Shown one piece after another: positions 16,742-26,127 of a stretch of 60,335 nt of DNA (positions within the stretch are counted from its first letter, which is position 1; the number at the start of each line of letters is the position of its first letter). The position numbers and the translations under genes were made by a program. The notes beneath the pieces are model-generated. The model was given only the letters and a program-made list of their open reading frames with translations, was not told the DNA's origin and ran no database searches. Origin of the DNA: Candidatus Woesearchaeota archaeon (lineage in GTDB: Archaea; Nanobdellota; Nanobdellia; Pacearchaeales; GW2011-AR1); assembly GCA_964609265.1 (NCBI GenBank), contig CAZSQR010000001.1, positions 1-60,335 of the forward strand, in the 5' to 3' direction.

Positions 16742-17407
16742 TTACTCTTTTTCCAGAATCTCTGCGCGAATTCCTTCCTCTTTGCACAGTTCACAAAATT
16801 CTTTAGCATCATCTTCACTTCCAATTATCGCGCCCCAATGAATTGGAACAGCAAGAGTAGGCTTGATAATTTTTGCAGCTTCTGCAGCTTCCTCAGCACT
16901 CATCGTAAAGCGACCGCCAACAGGAAGAAGTGCAACAAAATCTCTTCCAGGCTGTTTATATCCTGTGAGTTTCTGCATTTCTGGAATGATGTCTGTATCG
17001 CCAGCATGATAAATTACAACATCATCAGTTTTAATAACATATCCCACCCACCCTTCTTCCTGCGGATGAAAATGTTTATCTATATTATAAGCAGGGAAGG
17101 CATAAATTTTTACCTCGCCAAGGTCCAGCTCTTGTTCAGGCTCTATAATCTCAATCTTAATAGGAACATTAAATTTTGTTATCTTGCTCTGGCAGTCTGC
17201 AGACACAACAATCCTCGTACCTTCTTTGACAATCTTCCCTATATCAGGATAGCTGCAATGGTCATAATGGCTATGAGTAATGAGAATTACGTCTGCAGGC
17301 TCCAACCCGTCTTTTATTTTGTAAGGATCAATATAGATTACCTTTTTATTCTTAATCAAAAATCCTGAATGCCCAAGCCATTTAAGCTCAATGCCTTTTA
17401 TTTTCAT
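16742..17407 (-). CDS. Metallo-beta-lactamase-fold hydrolase (UPF0173-like)
   Basis: LKWLGHSGFLI...VILITHSHYDHC...HAGDT motif set. Confidence 0.8.
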   Translation of the reverse strand: MKIKGIELKWLGHSGFLIKNKKVIYIDPYKIKDGLEPADVILITHSHYDHCSYPDIGKIVKEGTRIVVSADCQSKITKFNVPIKIEIIEPEQELDLGEVKIYAFPAYNIDKHFHPQEEGWVGYVIKTDDVVIYHAGDTDIIPEMQKLTGYKQPGRDFVALLPVGGRFTMSAEEAAEAAKIIKPTLAVPIHWGAIIGSEDDAKEFCELCKEEGIRAEILEKE

Positions 17408-17465
17408 ATAAAAGAAAAATGGCCCAGGTTTTTAAGGATTTTTATTATAAAAAATTTGATTTGAC

Positions 17466-18383
17466 TCATTTAAAAAACTTAACTTTCTTCACTTTTCCTT
17501 TTTTCTCGTCGATTTCTATCAAAACCTGAGCATCTTTCCCAAAACCAGGATTAATCACAATTGTTTTTCCAATTCTATCTTTACCTTTTCCCTCATGAAC
17601 ATGCCCCCCAATACAAACTAATGGTTGATATTTCTGGCAGAATTTTCTTGCAATATACGAACCTAAATGTTTCCCGTGAGCATAAGATTTTTTATCTTTA
17701 ACAACATCCAACTTTGTTTTATATGGAATGTTATGTGAAATAAAAATTACGGGGAATTTTCGGTTTCTTTTTTGATAGGCAGATGAAAGTTTATTGAAAA
17801 TTTTGTTTATTGATTTTTTTAAATTCTTAAATTGCTTTTTTGAGACATTTAATTTTTTTTTCTTTTTTAACAATTCCGCTCCAGAACTCAAACCATAACC
17901 AACAAAATTCAGCTGATTAAAAACATGATTTCTATACATGCAATCTTTAATATTTTTTAAATCCTTGGTCAGTTTTGGATTTAGTTTATCTCCTAAATAC
18001 CAATCATAAAATGCTTTTCTGTAATTATAATCTGATTTGTCTAAATCTTTGATTTTTGAAGGACTATAGCTCTGGTCCCAATTTCCAGCAACCATAAAAA
18101 TTGGTTTCCCAAAACTATCCAAATATTTCAAAACTTCGCTTCCTTGTTTAAGAGACTCTTGCTCATATTTTTTTAATTTTCTTTTTCCAACTTTGTTGAC
18201 AAAAAATTCATCTGCACCAAAAATAAAATCCGCATTTTTTTTCAAAATTTCAAAATATTTTTTATATAAAGGGGCAATTTTAGAATCGTCGCAAACATCT
18301 CCCACCTGAATAATACAATCAAAATCCTTAAAGTGAATTTTGGGTTTTATTCCATGCAAATCACCAACAACTAATATTTTCAT
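17466..18383 (-). CDS. Calcineurin-like metallophosphoesterase
   Basis: ILVVGDLHG, GDVCDD, GNWD, ISHNIPY and GGHVHEG motifs in canonical order. Confidence 0.75.
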   Translation of the reverse strand: MKILVVGDLHGIKPKIHFKDFDCIIQVGDVCDDSKIAPLYKKYFEILKKNADFIFGADEFFVNKVGKRKLKKYEQESLKQGSEVLKYLDSFGKPIFMVAGNWDQSYSPSKIKDLDKSDYNYRKAFYDWYLGDKLNPKLTKDLKNIKDCMYRNHVFNQLNFVGYGLSSGAELLKKKKKLNVSKKQFKNLKKSINKIFNKLSSAYQKRNRKFPVIFISHNIPYKTKLDVVKDKKSYAHGKHLGSYIARKFCQKYQPLVCIGGHVHEGKGKDRIGKTIVINPGFGKDAQVLIEIDEKKGKVKKVKFFK

Positions 18384-18460
18384 GATCTATTTAACAAAAT
18401 TATATTTAAAAAACATACTAAAAATAAAATAAAATAAAATAAAAAAATTAGAGATAGTTT

Positions 18461-18640
18461 TTATTCTTCACTACCTTCATCAGAGCCATCTTCGCTTTCG
18501 TTATCTTTATCTTCTTCTTTATCTGTCTCTTCTTTATTTTCGCCTTCATCACTTCTGCTACTTTCACTAGTTACATCTTCTTCATTTGTCTTGTCTTCTG
18601 GGCTCTTTTCCATTTCTTCGTTCTTTTTTTCTTCTTCCAT
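18461..18640 (-). CDS. Possible small, extremely acidic protein (59 aa)
   Basis: Below the track's 60-aa cutoff. MEEEKKNEEMEKSPEDKTNEEDVTSESSRSDEGENKEETDKEEDKDNESEDGSDEGSEE. No homology recognised and it could be compositional. Confidence 0.3.
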   Translation of the reverse strand: MEEEKKNEEMEKSPEDKTNEEDVTSESSRSDEGENKEETDKEEDKDNESEDGSDEGSEE

Positions 18641-18720
18641 TTGAATAAATTTTGTTTAGATAAAAAAAGGTATTTTTCAGTGCTTTTAAAGATTTCTAAG
18701 CTTTTAAAGATGAAAACAAA

Positions 18721-20022
18721 TCAGGGTTCTGTTCTTGTAGCAGTTCTTGGAAAAGCGATTGCATCTTTTATCGTCGATAAACCACAAACCCATTTAATCA
18801 ATCTCTCTGTCCCAAGCCCATAGCCCCCGTGTGGAACAGCTCCGTATTTATTAATATCAAAATAATATTTATAGTCCTCAAGTTTCTCCCCTTTCGTTTT
18901 TAAAGATTTTTTAAGCTCTTCTATATTAGTGTCTCTTTCGCTTCCGCCGATTAATTCCCCGTTTGCTTCTGGTCCGAGCATATCAAAGCATCTTGCAACT
19001 TTTGGATTTTTAGAATCTCTTGGTTTATAAAAAGCCATTACAGATTTCGGATAATATGTCACAAAAACAGGAGTGTCATATAGCTCCATTAATTTCTCTT
19101 CTTCAATTGTCCTCAGGTCTTTCCCCCATTTAACTTTCATCTTTTTCTTATTCTTAAGAATCCTTAATGCCTTGTCATAAGTTATCCTGGGAAATTTCTT
19201 TTTCAAAGTCGGGACTAATTTTTTAGTATCCCTTCCCAAGATCTTCAGTTCATTTTTATTTTTTTCAAGAACTTTTTTAATGACATATTTAGTCATTTCT
19301 TCAGCGCAATCCATTAATTTATCTAGATTTGCCCAAGCGACTTCCATTTCAGTATGCCAAAATTCTGTCAAATGACGGGATGTCTTTGATTTCTCAGCCC
19401 TGAAACTTGGAGCAACACAATAAATTTTTTCCAAAGAATATATTGCAGCTTCTGCATAAGGAAGTTGCCAAGTCTGAGCAAGATACATTTTTTTCCCGAA
19501 ATAATTCATTTCAAAAAGAGTTGGTCCTTCTTCTGCCCCGCCTGGAATTATAATAGGAGACTGGAATTCATAAAATTCTTTGCTTCTAAAATATTCGTGT
19601 AAAGCTCCAATAACAGTGCTGCGAATTTTCAAAATAGATGTCATTTTTCGCGAGCGCAACCACAAATGACGCCTGTCCCCCAAAAGTTCTTCATTCAAAT
19701 CTTTATTAATTGGGAAATTATCACTTAGTCCAATAATGTTTATTTTATCTGAATCTATTTCATATCCTATTGGCGCTCTTTTATCCTTTTTTATCATCCC
19801 TTCAATCTCAACAGAAGATTCTATCCTAATTTTATCTATTTCGTTCCATTGCTTAGGGAATTTATCCCGTTTAAGAACGCACTGAATTATATCGCTGCTA
19901 TCCCTTAAAATAATAAATTTAAACTCGTTGCTTCCTCTTTCACGATAAACCCAGCCACGCACAGCCACCTTTCCTTTCCCTTTTTTCATTGCTTCTTTTA
20001 TAGAGATAAATTTATTTTTCAT
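18721..20022 (-). CDS. asnS: Asparaginyl-tRNA synthetase (archaeal/eukaryal type)
   Basis: RHLWLRS, YLAQTWQL, class II motif 2 SFRAEKSKTSRHLTEFWHTEME, motif 3 GGYGLGTERLIKW. The tail FPRTATRTEP parallels archaeal AsnRS. Confidence 0.88.
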   Translation of the reverse strand: MKNKFISIKEAMKKGKGKVAVRGWVYRERGSNEFKFIILRDSSDIIQCVLKRDKFPKQWNEIDKIRIESSVEIEGMIKKDKRAPIGYEIDSDKINIIGLSDNFPINKDLNEELLGDRRHLWLRSRKMTSILKIRSTVIGALHEYFRSKEFYEFQSPIIIPGGAEEGPTLFEMNYFGKKMYLAQTWQLPYAEAAIYSLEKIYCVAPSFRAEKSKTSRHLTEFWHTEMEVAWANLDKLMDCAEEMTKYVIKKVLEKNKNELKILGRDTKKLVPTLKKKFPRITYDKALRILKNKKKMKVKWGKDLRTIEEEKLMELYDTPVFVTYYPKSVMAFYKPRDSKNPKVARCFDMLGPEANGELIGGSERDTNIEELKKSLKTKGEKLEDYKYYFDINKYGAVPHGGYGLGTERLIKWVCGLSTIKDAIAFPRTATRTEP

Positions 20023-20023
20023 T

Positions 20024-21328
20024 TTAAGGAGTAATTCTTTCAGTGTCTCTTGGGAACAAAACAGCTTCTCTTATATTCTGCAAATCCAATAATACCTGTG
20101 TAAATCTTTCTATACCTAAAGCAAAACCTCCGTGAGGCGGAGCTCCGTATTTGAAAAATTTAACAAACCATTCAACAGATTTCGGCGACACTCCTTTTTC
20201 CTTAACATTTTCTATTAGTTTGTTATATCTGTGTTCTCTCTGTCCGCCCGACGACATTTCTATTCCCTTGTAATACAAATCTGTGCTGCGGGCATTTTTT
20301 TCTCCTCTCTCGCAATAAACATAAAAAGGTTTTACCTTAAAAGGAAATTTATTAATAAAATAAAATTCTGCCGCAGGGTATTTTTTTTGAACATATTCCC
20401 ATAAAATTTTCTCAGATTCTGAATCTAAATCCTGGCCCTCTATATTTTTTCCTTTCTTTTTCAAAACATCATAAATTTCAGGAAATCTTAATTCAGGAAA
20501 AGGAAACTTAGGAACTTTTAGTTTAATCTCAAGTAAATTTAATTCATTTTTGCATTTGTTTATCACATTCTTAATAGCAGAAACAATCAATTCTTCCTCT
20601 ACTTTCATAACATCTTTTTCGTCTTTTATAAAAGCCAGTTCAACTGCGCAGGTCCTGTGCTCACATAAATGTTTAACAGTATGGCTTTTTTCTGCACGCC
20701 AGCTTGGACCAATATCATATAACTTTTCTACACCCCCAAGAATTGTAAGTTGTCTGTGCAACTGAGGGTCCTGACGAAGAAATGCTTTTTTATTAAAATA
20801 TTTGAGTTCAAAAACTTCTGAGCCGGATTCAGAAGCAACACCCATAAGACAAGGAGTAAAAACCTGAACAAATCCTTCTTTATTAAGATAATCCTGCATG
20901 CCTTCAATCAAAGCAGACTGAATTTTAAAAATAGCATCAACTTTCGGCTTCCTCAAATCCAAAGAACGATTGTCCAATCTCTTGCTTAAATCTGTATTCG
21001 TCGTTTTTTCATTAACATGAATTGGAAGTTTCTCTGCTTTACTAACAACATTAACATCAGAAACCTCAACTTCGAGATCATTTCTGGCAATTCCTGATTT
21101 AATATCAGCTTTTTTTACTTTTCCGTGAATTTCAACAACACTTTCAAGAGTCAGCTCTGGAATAACATTCTTCGTATTTTTTTTGTTTTTAATAATACAC
21201 TGAACAATTCCAGAGGGGTCCCTAAGAAGAACAAACTTTAGTTTTGCCAGCTCGCGAATTTCGTGAACCCATCCTTTAAGCAAAACATCCTGCCCTCTTT
21301 TTAATTCTGAAACATAAGACCTTTTCAT
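20024..21328 (-). CDS. aspS: Aspartyl-tRNA synthetase (archaeal type)
   Basis: FLRQDPQLHRQ, SWRAEKSHTVKHLCEH, SSGGQREHRYNKL, GGFALGIERF, LFPRDTERITP. There is a 1-nt gap to the asnS start. Confidence 0.88.
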   Translation of the reverse strand: MKRSYVSELKRGQDVLLKGWVHEIRELAKLKFVLLRDPSGIVQCIIKNKKNTKNVIPELTLESVVEIHGKVKKADIKSGIARNDLEVEVSDVNVVSKAEKLPIHVNEKTTNTDLSKRLDNRSLDLRKPKVDAIFKIQSALIEGMQDYLNKEGFVQVFTPCLMGVASESGSEVFELKYFNKKAFLRQDPQLHRQLTILGGVEKLYDIGPSWRAEKSHTVKHLCEHRTCAVELAFIKDEKDVMKVEEELIVSAIKNVINKCKNELNLLEIKLKVPKFPFPELRFPEIYDVLKKKGKNIEGQDLDSESEKILWEYVQKKYPAAEFYFINKFPFKVKPFYVYCERGEKNARSTDLYYKGIEMSSGGQREHRYNKLIENVKEKGVSPKSVEWFVKFFKYGAPPHGGFALGIERFTQVLLDLQNIREAVLFPRDTERITP

Positions 21329-21336
21329 GTTACACT

Positions 21337-22788
21337 TTATTCAATATACTTTTTAATAATTTCTGAAGCATCTTTTCCCGAGATTCTTCCTTTAAATTCT
21401 TTCATTACCAGCCCCATGTAAGCTTTAAGAGAAAGTCCTGGTTTTTCTTTGATAATTTTGAGTATTTTTTCTTCAACCTCATTAACGTCTTTTTTCTTAA
21501 TTTTAATTGCTTCAGATATTTTAATTCCTTGTGCAACCCTTATCATAGCTTCCTTCATTTGGTTCGCTACAAGCTGATGTTTTTTAATCGCGTTTAGAAG
21601 AGGTTCTAAAGAATTATTAAGAATATTTGAAATCCTATCAATCTCATTTCTAACTTTACCCAATTTCCTCGCCAATTCTGTTTGATAAACCAACATAGAT
21701 TTAGCTACTAAAGAGGGCTGATTCAAAACCTTAAGTAAACTTTTAAATTCCTCCACCCTATTTTGTTTAAACAAAAGCTTAATCATCTCATTGTTTAATC
21801 CCTTCTTTGTCAATTCTTCTTCAATCTCTTTCTTTAACTTAGGCATAACCTTCTTAGTTTCATTGATTAATTTTCTTGATATTTTTAATATTGGCAAATC
21901 AGTTTCAGGATACATTCTGGAAGTCCCTGGCATCGGTCTTAAAAATTTTGTAGTTCCATCTGGTAAGACATTTCTGACTTCGGATTTTCCTTCTTTAAAT
22001 ATCTTTTTTTGTCTTTTTATTTCAAGTTTAATAACTTTAATCATTATTTTTGGATTTTGAAATCCTTTAATTTCAATTCTCGGGTGTTCTTTTATAGAAA
22101 TATTCAAATCCTGCCTTATAGTTCCCAAACCTCTCTTAACACCAACACTTCTCAAAATTTCTCCAATTTTTAATGCTGTTTCTTTAACCTGTTCAGGGGT
22201 TCTAAGGTCAGGAGATGTTGTTATTTCAACCAAGGGGATACCTAATCTATCCAATCTAAAGATTGTTTTTTTATCTCCCCTTTCAATTATCCTTGCCGCA
22301 TCTTCTTCCAAATACAGCTCTTTTATTCCGACTTTACCAAAAGAAAGTTCAATAAAACCATCTCTTGCAATAAGAACAGTTCTCTGAAATCCGCTTGTAT
22401 TGCTTCCATCAACAACTGTTTTCCTCATAATCTGAGATATAGGAATTATTTTCATGTTTAACAAAAAAGCAATTTGTAAAGCAGTTTTCAAAGCTTCTCT
22501 GTTTATCTTGTGTGGCGGTTCTTCATCAAGCTCCACAAGACAATTTGTATCATAACCCTGATAGACAAATTCCCTGCCTTTTTCTACTTCATGCATTGCA
22601 GCAACATCAACTCCGCCCTCCTCCCCGGCAACAGCATGCAACTTTCTCTTAACAGTAAAATCCGGTTCACCATATCTTAAAACAGAAGGGCAATTACAAA
22701 ATAGCTTTTTACCTCCGGCATCCAGCTGCTGATGAATTTCTAATCCGCATTTTAAACCTAGCTTCTTGTAATTGATTTCTGAACCCAT
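21337..22788 (-). CDS. gatE: Glu-tRNA(Gln) amidotransferase subunit E (short form)
   Basis: GLKCGLEIHQQLD..KLFCNC, LVELDEEPPH, VVDGSNTSGFQRT, RLGIPLVEITT, GLGTIRQDLNISI, FLRPMPGTSRMYPETDLP. 483 aa. Confidence 0.85.
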   Translation of the reverse strand: MGSEINYKKLGLKCGLEIHQQLDAGGKKLFCNCPSVLRYGEPDFTVKRKLHAVAGEEGGVDVAAMHEVEKGREFVYQGYDTNCLVELDEEPPHKINREALKTALQIAFLLNMKIIPISQIMRKTVVDGSNTSGFQRTVLIARDGFIELSFGKVGIKELYLEEDAARIIERGDKKTIFRLDRLGIPLVEITTSPDLRTPEQVKETALKIGEILRSVGVKRGLGTIRQDLNISIKEHPRIEIKGFQNPKIMIKVIKLEIKRQKKIFKEGKSEVRNVLPDGTTKFLRPMPGTSRMYPETDLPILKISRKLINETKKVMPKLKKEIEEELTKKGLNNEMIKLLFKQNRVEEFKSLLKVLNQPSLVAKSMLVYQTELARKLGKVRNEIDRISNILNNSLEPLLNAIKKHQLVANQMKEAMIRVAQGIKISEAIKIKKKDVNEVEEKILKIIKEKPGLSLKAYMGLVMKEFKGRISGKDASEIIKKYIE

Positions 22789-22813
22789 AAGTCAGGAAAG
22801 GAAAAAGAGTTTA

Positions 22814-23587
22814 TTAAATTTTGTTTACAACTTCTTTTATTGTCTCGCTGATTTCTGTCAAAGAAATATTTTTTCTTCCACTTCTCTTCAATTCTCCATA
22901 GACTAATGAAGCAAAGTAATCAGAAGAAATTTTATATTCTCTTGGTATCTGCAAACTTAAAAGAGTTTTCTTTATTTCCTTTATTAATCCTTTCTTTGTC
23001 TGGTTAACACTTGTCTCCCAGAGTTTAGCAAACTTTTGTTTTTCATAATCTTTAACAACTACCCCCTCCCTACCATAAGAGGTATATCTGCTTTCTCCTG
23101 TTGCGAGAGTTTTAATTTGGTCTAGATTTAATCTGCCTTTAGCTAAAGTTTCTAAGAAAAATATATCCTTTACACCAAATCTCTTTTCTAAATTATCTTT
23201 AGCTTTTTTATACGAGATAAATTTTTCCTTTTCTAGATCATAAATATCAATCAAAAAAAATTTATTTACAAATTTGGAAGAGTATGGAATTGTATGATGA
23301 GACATAAACTCACCATAAACTATTAAATTTTCAGGAAGATTATAAAGGCTATAATTAGATTTAGCCCATCTGTTAAAATTTTTAAACCAATCAAATCTAA
23401 AATTTTCTTCCCTATTCAAAAAATTAGCTCTGCTACCTGTAAAAATTCTTCCCTTATAATTTCTTATTTGAGTATTCCCTCCATCTAATTTCTCATACAC
23501 CTCCAAGGAATCACTATCCAAGATATTCAGAATCTCCATTAAGTGAGGAATCTCGGGAAATTTTACAAAAGCTGGCTCTGTTTTCAT
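22814..23587 (-). CDS. ATP-dependent RNA ligase-family nucleotidyltransferase (257 aa)
   Basis: Motif I YEKLDGGN (the KxDGxN form typical of RNA ligases), Ia FTGSR, III LIVYGEF, IV FFLIDIY, V REGVVVKD. The ATGA overlap couples it to the upstream gene. Confidence 0.68.
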   Translation of the reverse strand: MKTEPAFVKFPEIPHLMEILNILDSDSLEVYEKLDGGNTQIRNYKGRIFTGSRANFLNREENFRFDWFKNFNRWAKSNYSLYNLPENLIVYGEFMSHHTIPYSSKFVNKFFLIDIYDLEKEKFISYKKAKDNLEKRFGVKDIFFLETLAKGRLNLDQIKTLATGESRYTSYGREGVVVKDYEKQKFAKLWETSVNQTKKGLIKEIKKTLLSLQIPREYKISSDYFASLVYGELKRSGRKNISLTEISETIKEVVNKI

Positions 23588-24246
23588 TTTCTATACCTAG
23601 TAGAGAGATTTTCTAATTTGGGATATTTATCTGAAAAATTTTCATTGATAAATCTTACTCCTTCCTTCATATGTTGGTCTGGAGAAAAGACTATAACCGG
23701 TTTAATAGAATATTTTTTTCCTTTTTCTTCTATATAACTTCCACTAATTCTGACAGCATTAACTAAGATATCTTTATCTGCTTCTGAAAAACCTTCTTCA
23801 TGTTTTTTGTGATTGCATTTACAAGATTGCTTAGATACCCAATATACATCATACCTCGCATCATCTAAGGGAATTTCTGTTCTTGTTCTTCCTAAAAAAT
23901 CTAGAGAATCATCTACAATATCCTCAATATATTTAAAAGTTTCATGACTAATTTCTGGAACATGCCCATTGATATGACAATTCATATGTGCAGTTATCTC
24001 TGAAAAAACATAAGGAGTAACAATTAAAGGAATTTTCTTTCTTATTAAAGACAAAAAGCTAGGAGTATGATAATCTTTTGGTTCTAAATTTTTATTATGA
24101 CAAAGGGTACATCTTCTACTAGACTGTTCCAAATCAATCAAAGCACCTGTATCTAATAAAATTACTGGCAGGTTCCCACTACTAATTCTCTTATAAGAAT
24201 GGATATCTTTCTCTAAATCTGATAATTCTTTTAACTTAAATTTCAT
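23584..24246 (-). CDS. PIN-domain-like nuclease with Cys/His-rich insertions (220 aa)
   Basis: Four acidic positions in canonical PIN context and order: VILLDTGALI, YVFSEIT, SEADKDILVNAV, IVFSPDQH. Extra CTLCH, NCHINGH and CKCNHKKH clusters. Confidence 0.5.
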   Translation of the reverse strand: MKFKLKELSDLEKDIHSYKRISSGNLPVILLDTGALIDLEQSSRRCTLCHNKNLEPKDYHTPSFLSLIRKKIPLIVTPYVFSEITAHMNCHINGHVPEISHETFKYIEDIVDDSLDFLGRTRTEIPLDDARYDVYWVSKQSCKCNHKKHEEGFSEADKDILVNAVRISGSYIEEKGKKYSIKPVIVFSPDQHMKEGVRFINENFSDKYPKLENLSTRYRK

Positions 24247-24266
24247 ATATCTTCAACTCTTTTGAA

Positions 24267-24276
24267 CTTTATAAAT
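24267..24276 (-). promoter_or_regulatory. TATA-like box for the PIN/RNA-ligase pair
   Basis: Minus-strand atttataaag, centred 25 nt upstream of ATG 24246. Confidence 0.5.
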
Positions 24277-24343
24277 CTTCCCTCTTGTAACTCCTATTAA
24301 GTAGTTTTAATAAATACTTTTTCAACAGAGAAAAGCCAAAAAC

Positions 24344-24353
24344 ATTTATAATC
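24344..24353 (+). promoter_or_regulatory. TATA-like box upstream of DUF1003 gene
   Basis: atttataatc, centred 26 nt upstream of ATG 24374. Confidence 0.5.
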
Positions 24354-24373
24354 TATAAAAATTAATTAAATAC

Positions 24374-24796
24374 ATGAAAAGAGAAGAGAAAAAAGAAATA
24401 TTACGAGAAGAGGTCTTTGAAAAATTAGGCCATATAAACTTTAGACGCCCAAAAACATTTGGGCAAAAAGCAGCGGATTGGCTGACAAAATGGGCAGGTA
24501 GCTGGATATTCATTATTGGATTTCTGATTTTTATAGGACTCTGGATATATGTTAATATTTATTTTTTAATTCAGTATAAAATAGCAGAAGTATGGGACCC
24601 ATACCCATTTATTCTACTAAATCTTGTTTTGTCTTGTTTAGCTGCAATTCAAGCTCCAATAATTTTAATGAGTCAAAATAGAACAGCTCAAAGAGATAGA
24701 TTAAAAGCAGAATTTGATTACAGAATAAATAAAAAAGCGGAAAAAGAAATCAGGGAAATAAAAAATCTTTTATTAAGAAAAAAAAGAGAAAAATAA
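24374..24796 (+). CDS. DUF1003 family membrane protein
   Basis: FGQKAADWLTKWAGSW, two TM helices, WDPYPFILLNL...SQNRTAQRDR. Confidence 0.7.
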   Translation: MKREEKKEILREEVFEKLGHINFRRPKTFGQKAADWLTKWAGSWIFIIGFLIFIGLWIYVNIYFLIQYKIAEVWDPYPFILLNLVLSCLAAIQAPIILMSQNRTAQRDRLKAEFDYRINKKAEKEIREIKNLLLRKKREK

Positions 24797-24799
24797 GAT

Positions 24800-26068
24800 T
24801 TAATTTTTCAATCTGTCATTCAACTCACCAGAGATATTCTCCAGCATTTTTTCTTTAACATTCCATTCCTTATGCCCTAAAACCCACCCAAGTTTTACAA
24901 GAGATGTCTCTGAAAGCATATCTTCAAGAAAAATAACTCCTGCTTTCAAGAGCTCACGACCATTTGAATAAACAAAAGGATCAAGTCTTCCATACATCGT
25001 CTGAGAAGCAGCACAAACAACAATTCCTTTTTTCTGAATCTCCTTAATTTTTTTCAGCCAGGATTTCCTTGCTCCTCTTGCAGGAACATGCCCCAAACCA
25101 GTAACCTCAAGGACAATTCCTTTATATTTGTTTTTCATGTAATAATCAAGAATTTTAGGATCCTGCCCAGGAAAGACTTTAACAAGAGCAACTTTTTCTT
25201 CAAATTTTGCATCAAGTTTTACTTTGTTTTTGTTCCTTAAGTTCCATTCAGAGACTCTTTCAATTTTGTCAGGATAAATTTTCGCAAGAGGATTTCCATT
25301 CACAACCTTAAATGCGTTCCTTCTTGAAGTGTGCATTTTTTTGACTTTTGTTCCAGGCATTGCCATGCAGTAATCATCATTTATCGTTCCGTGTCCTACT
25401 AAAATAACTTCTGCCATATCTGAAATGGCAACAAGTGCAGCACACTGTAAATTCAAATTGGCGTCAGAGCTTGCCCTGTCTATACTTCTTTGGCTGTAAG
25501 TTAAAACAACAGGCTTATTCAGATTTTTCAGAAAAAAACTCAGGGCAGCAGCTGTATAATGCAAAGTATCTGTTCCGTGGGTAATTATAATTCCTTTGAT
25601 GTTTGAATCGTTCAGAAGCTTTTCAGTTACGCGCGCAATTTTCTGCCAGTCTTTAAAATCCATATCCTCGCTTGCTTTCATAAAAGGCACCTCAACTCTC
25701 GCCACATTGGTTTTTTCAAATAATCCAGGATAAAACCTAAAAAGTTCAGAAGGTTCTGTCAGCGGGGAAACACCTCCTGTCCTAGAATCCAGACGAGAAG
25801 CAATTGTTCCTCCAGTAATAATCATTGCAATATCTGGTTTATTAGGAGACTTTTTTATTTCGGCTTCTTCAGTTTTTTTCTGAGATTTTTTCAAAACTCT
25901 TATTTTCAAAATATCTCTTTTGCTAAAACCAATATTATAACCTGTTCCAAGTTTCAAAAGAATAATCCCTTTTTCAGATTCAGGACTTTCCAAGAGAATT
26001 CCTTCATAAATTATCTTACTAAGATGCACCTCAACCAAGTCTCCTGGTTTGGCATTTGTTTTTTCCAT
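24800..26068 (-). CDS. gatD: Glu-tRNA(Gln) amidotransferase subunit D (asparaginase-like)
   Basis: N-terminal beta-barrel GDLVEV...EGILL. Asparaginase motifs ITGGTIAS and IIITHGTDTL. Confidence 0.88.
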   Translation of the reverse strand: MEKTNAKPGDLVEVHLSKIIYEGILLESPESEKGIILLKLGTGYNIGFSKRDILKIRVLKKSQKKTEEAEIKKSPNKPDIAMIITGGTIASRLDSRTGGVSPLTEPSELFRFYPGLFEKTNVARVEVPFMKASEDMDFKDWQKIARVTEKLLNDSNIKGIIITHGTDTLHYTAAALSFFLKNLNKPVVLTYSQRSIDRASSDANLNLQCAALVAISDMAEVILVGHGTINDDYCMAMPGTKVKKMHTSRRNAFKVVNGNPLAKIYPDKIERVSEWNLRNKNKVKLDAKFEEKVALVKVFPGQDPKILDYYMKNKYKGIVLEVTGLGHVPARGARKSWLKKIKEIQKKGIVVCAASQTMYGRLDPFVYSNGRELLKAGVIFLEDMLSETSLVKLGWVLGHKEWNVKEKMLENISGELNDRLKN

Positions 26069-26127
26069 GATTAATTAAATTAAGATAGAATTAAAAAACT
26101 ATTGTTTAAAGAAAAATATGATTTATC

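Noticed and set aside
18384-18460. aaaat/aaaataaaat short tandem repeats in the spacer after the metallophosphoesterase gene
   Set aside because: Low-complexity A-rich spacer typical of this genome. No structure or conservation can be argued from sequence alone.
18641-18823. 60-aa plus-strand ORF starting with a non-ATG codon
   Set aside because: It overlaps the 3' end of asnS on the opposite strand and has no motif or promoter spacing.
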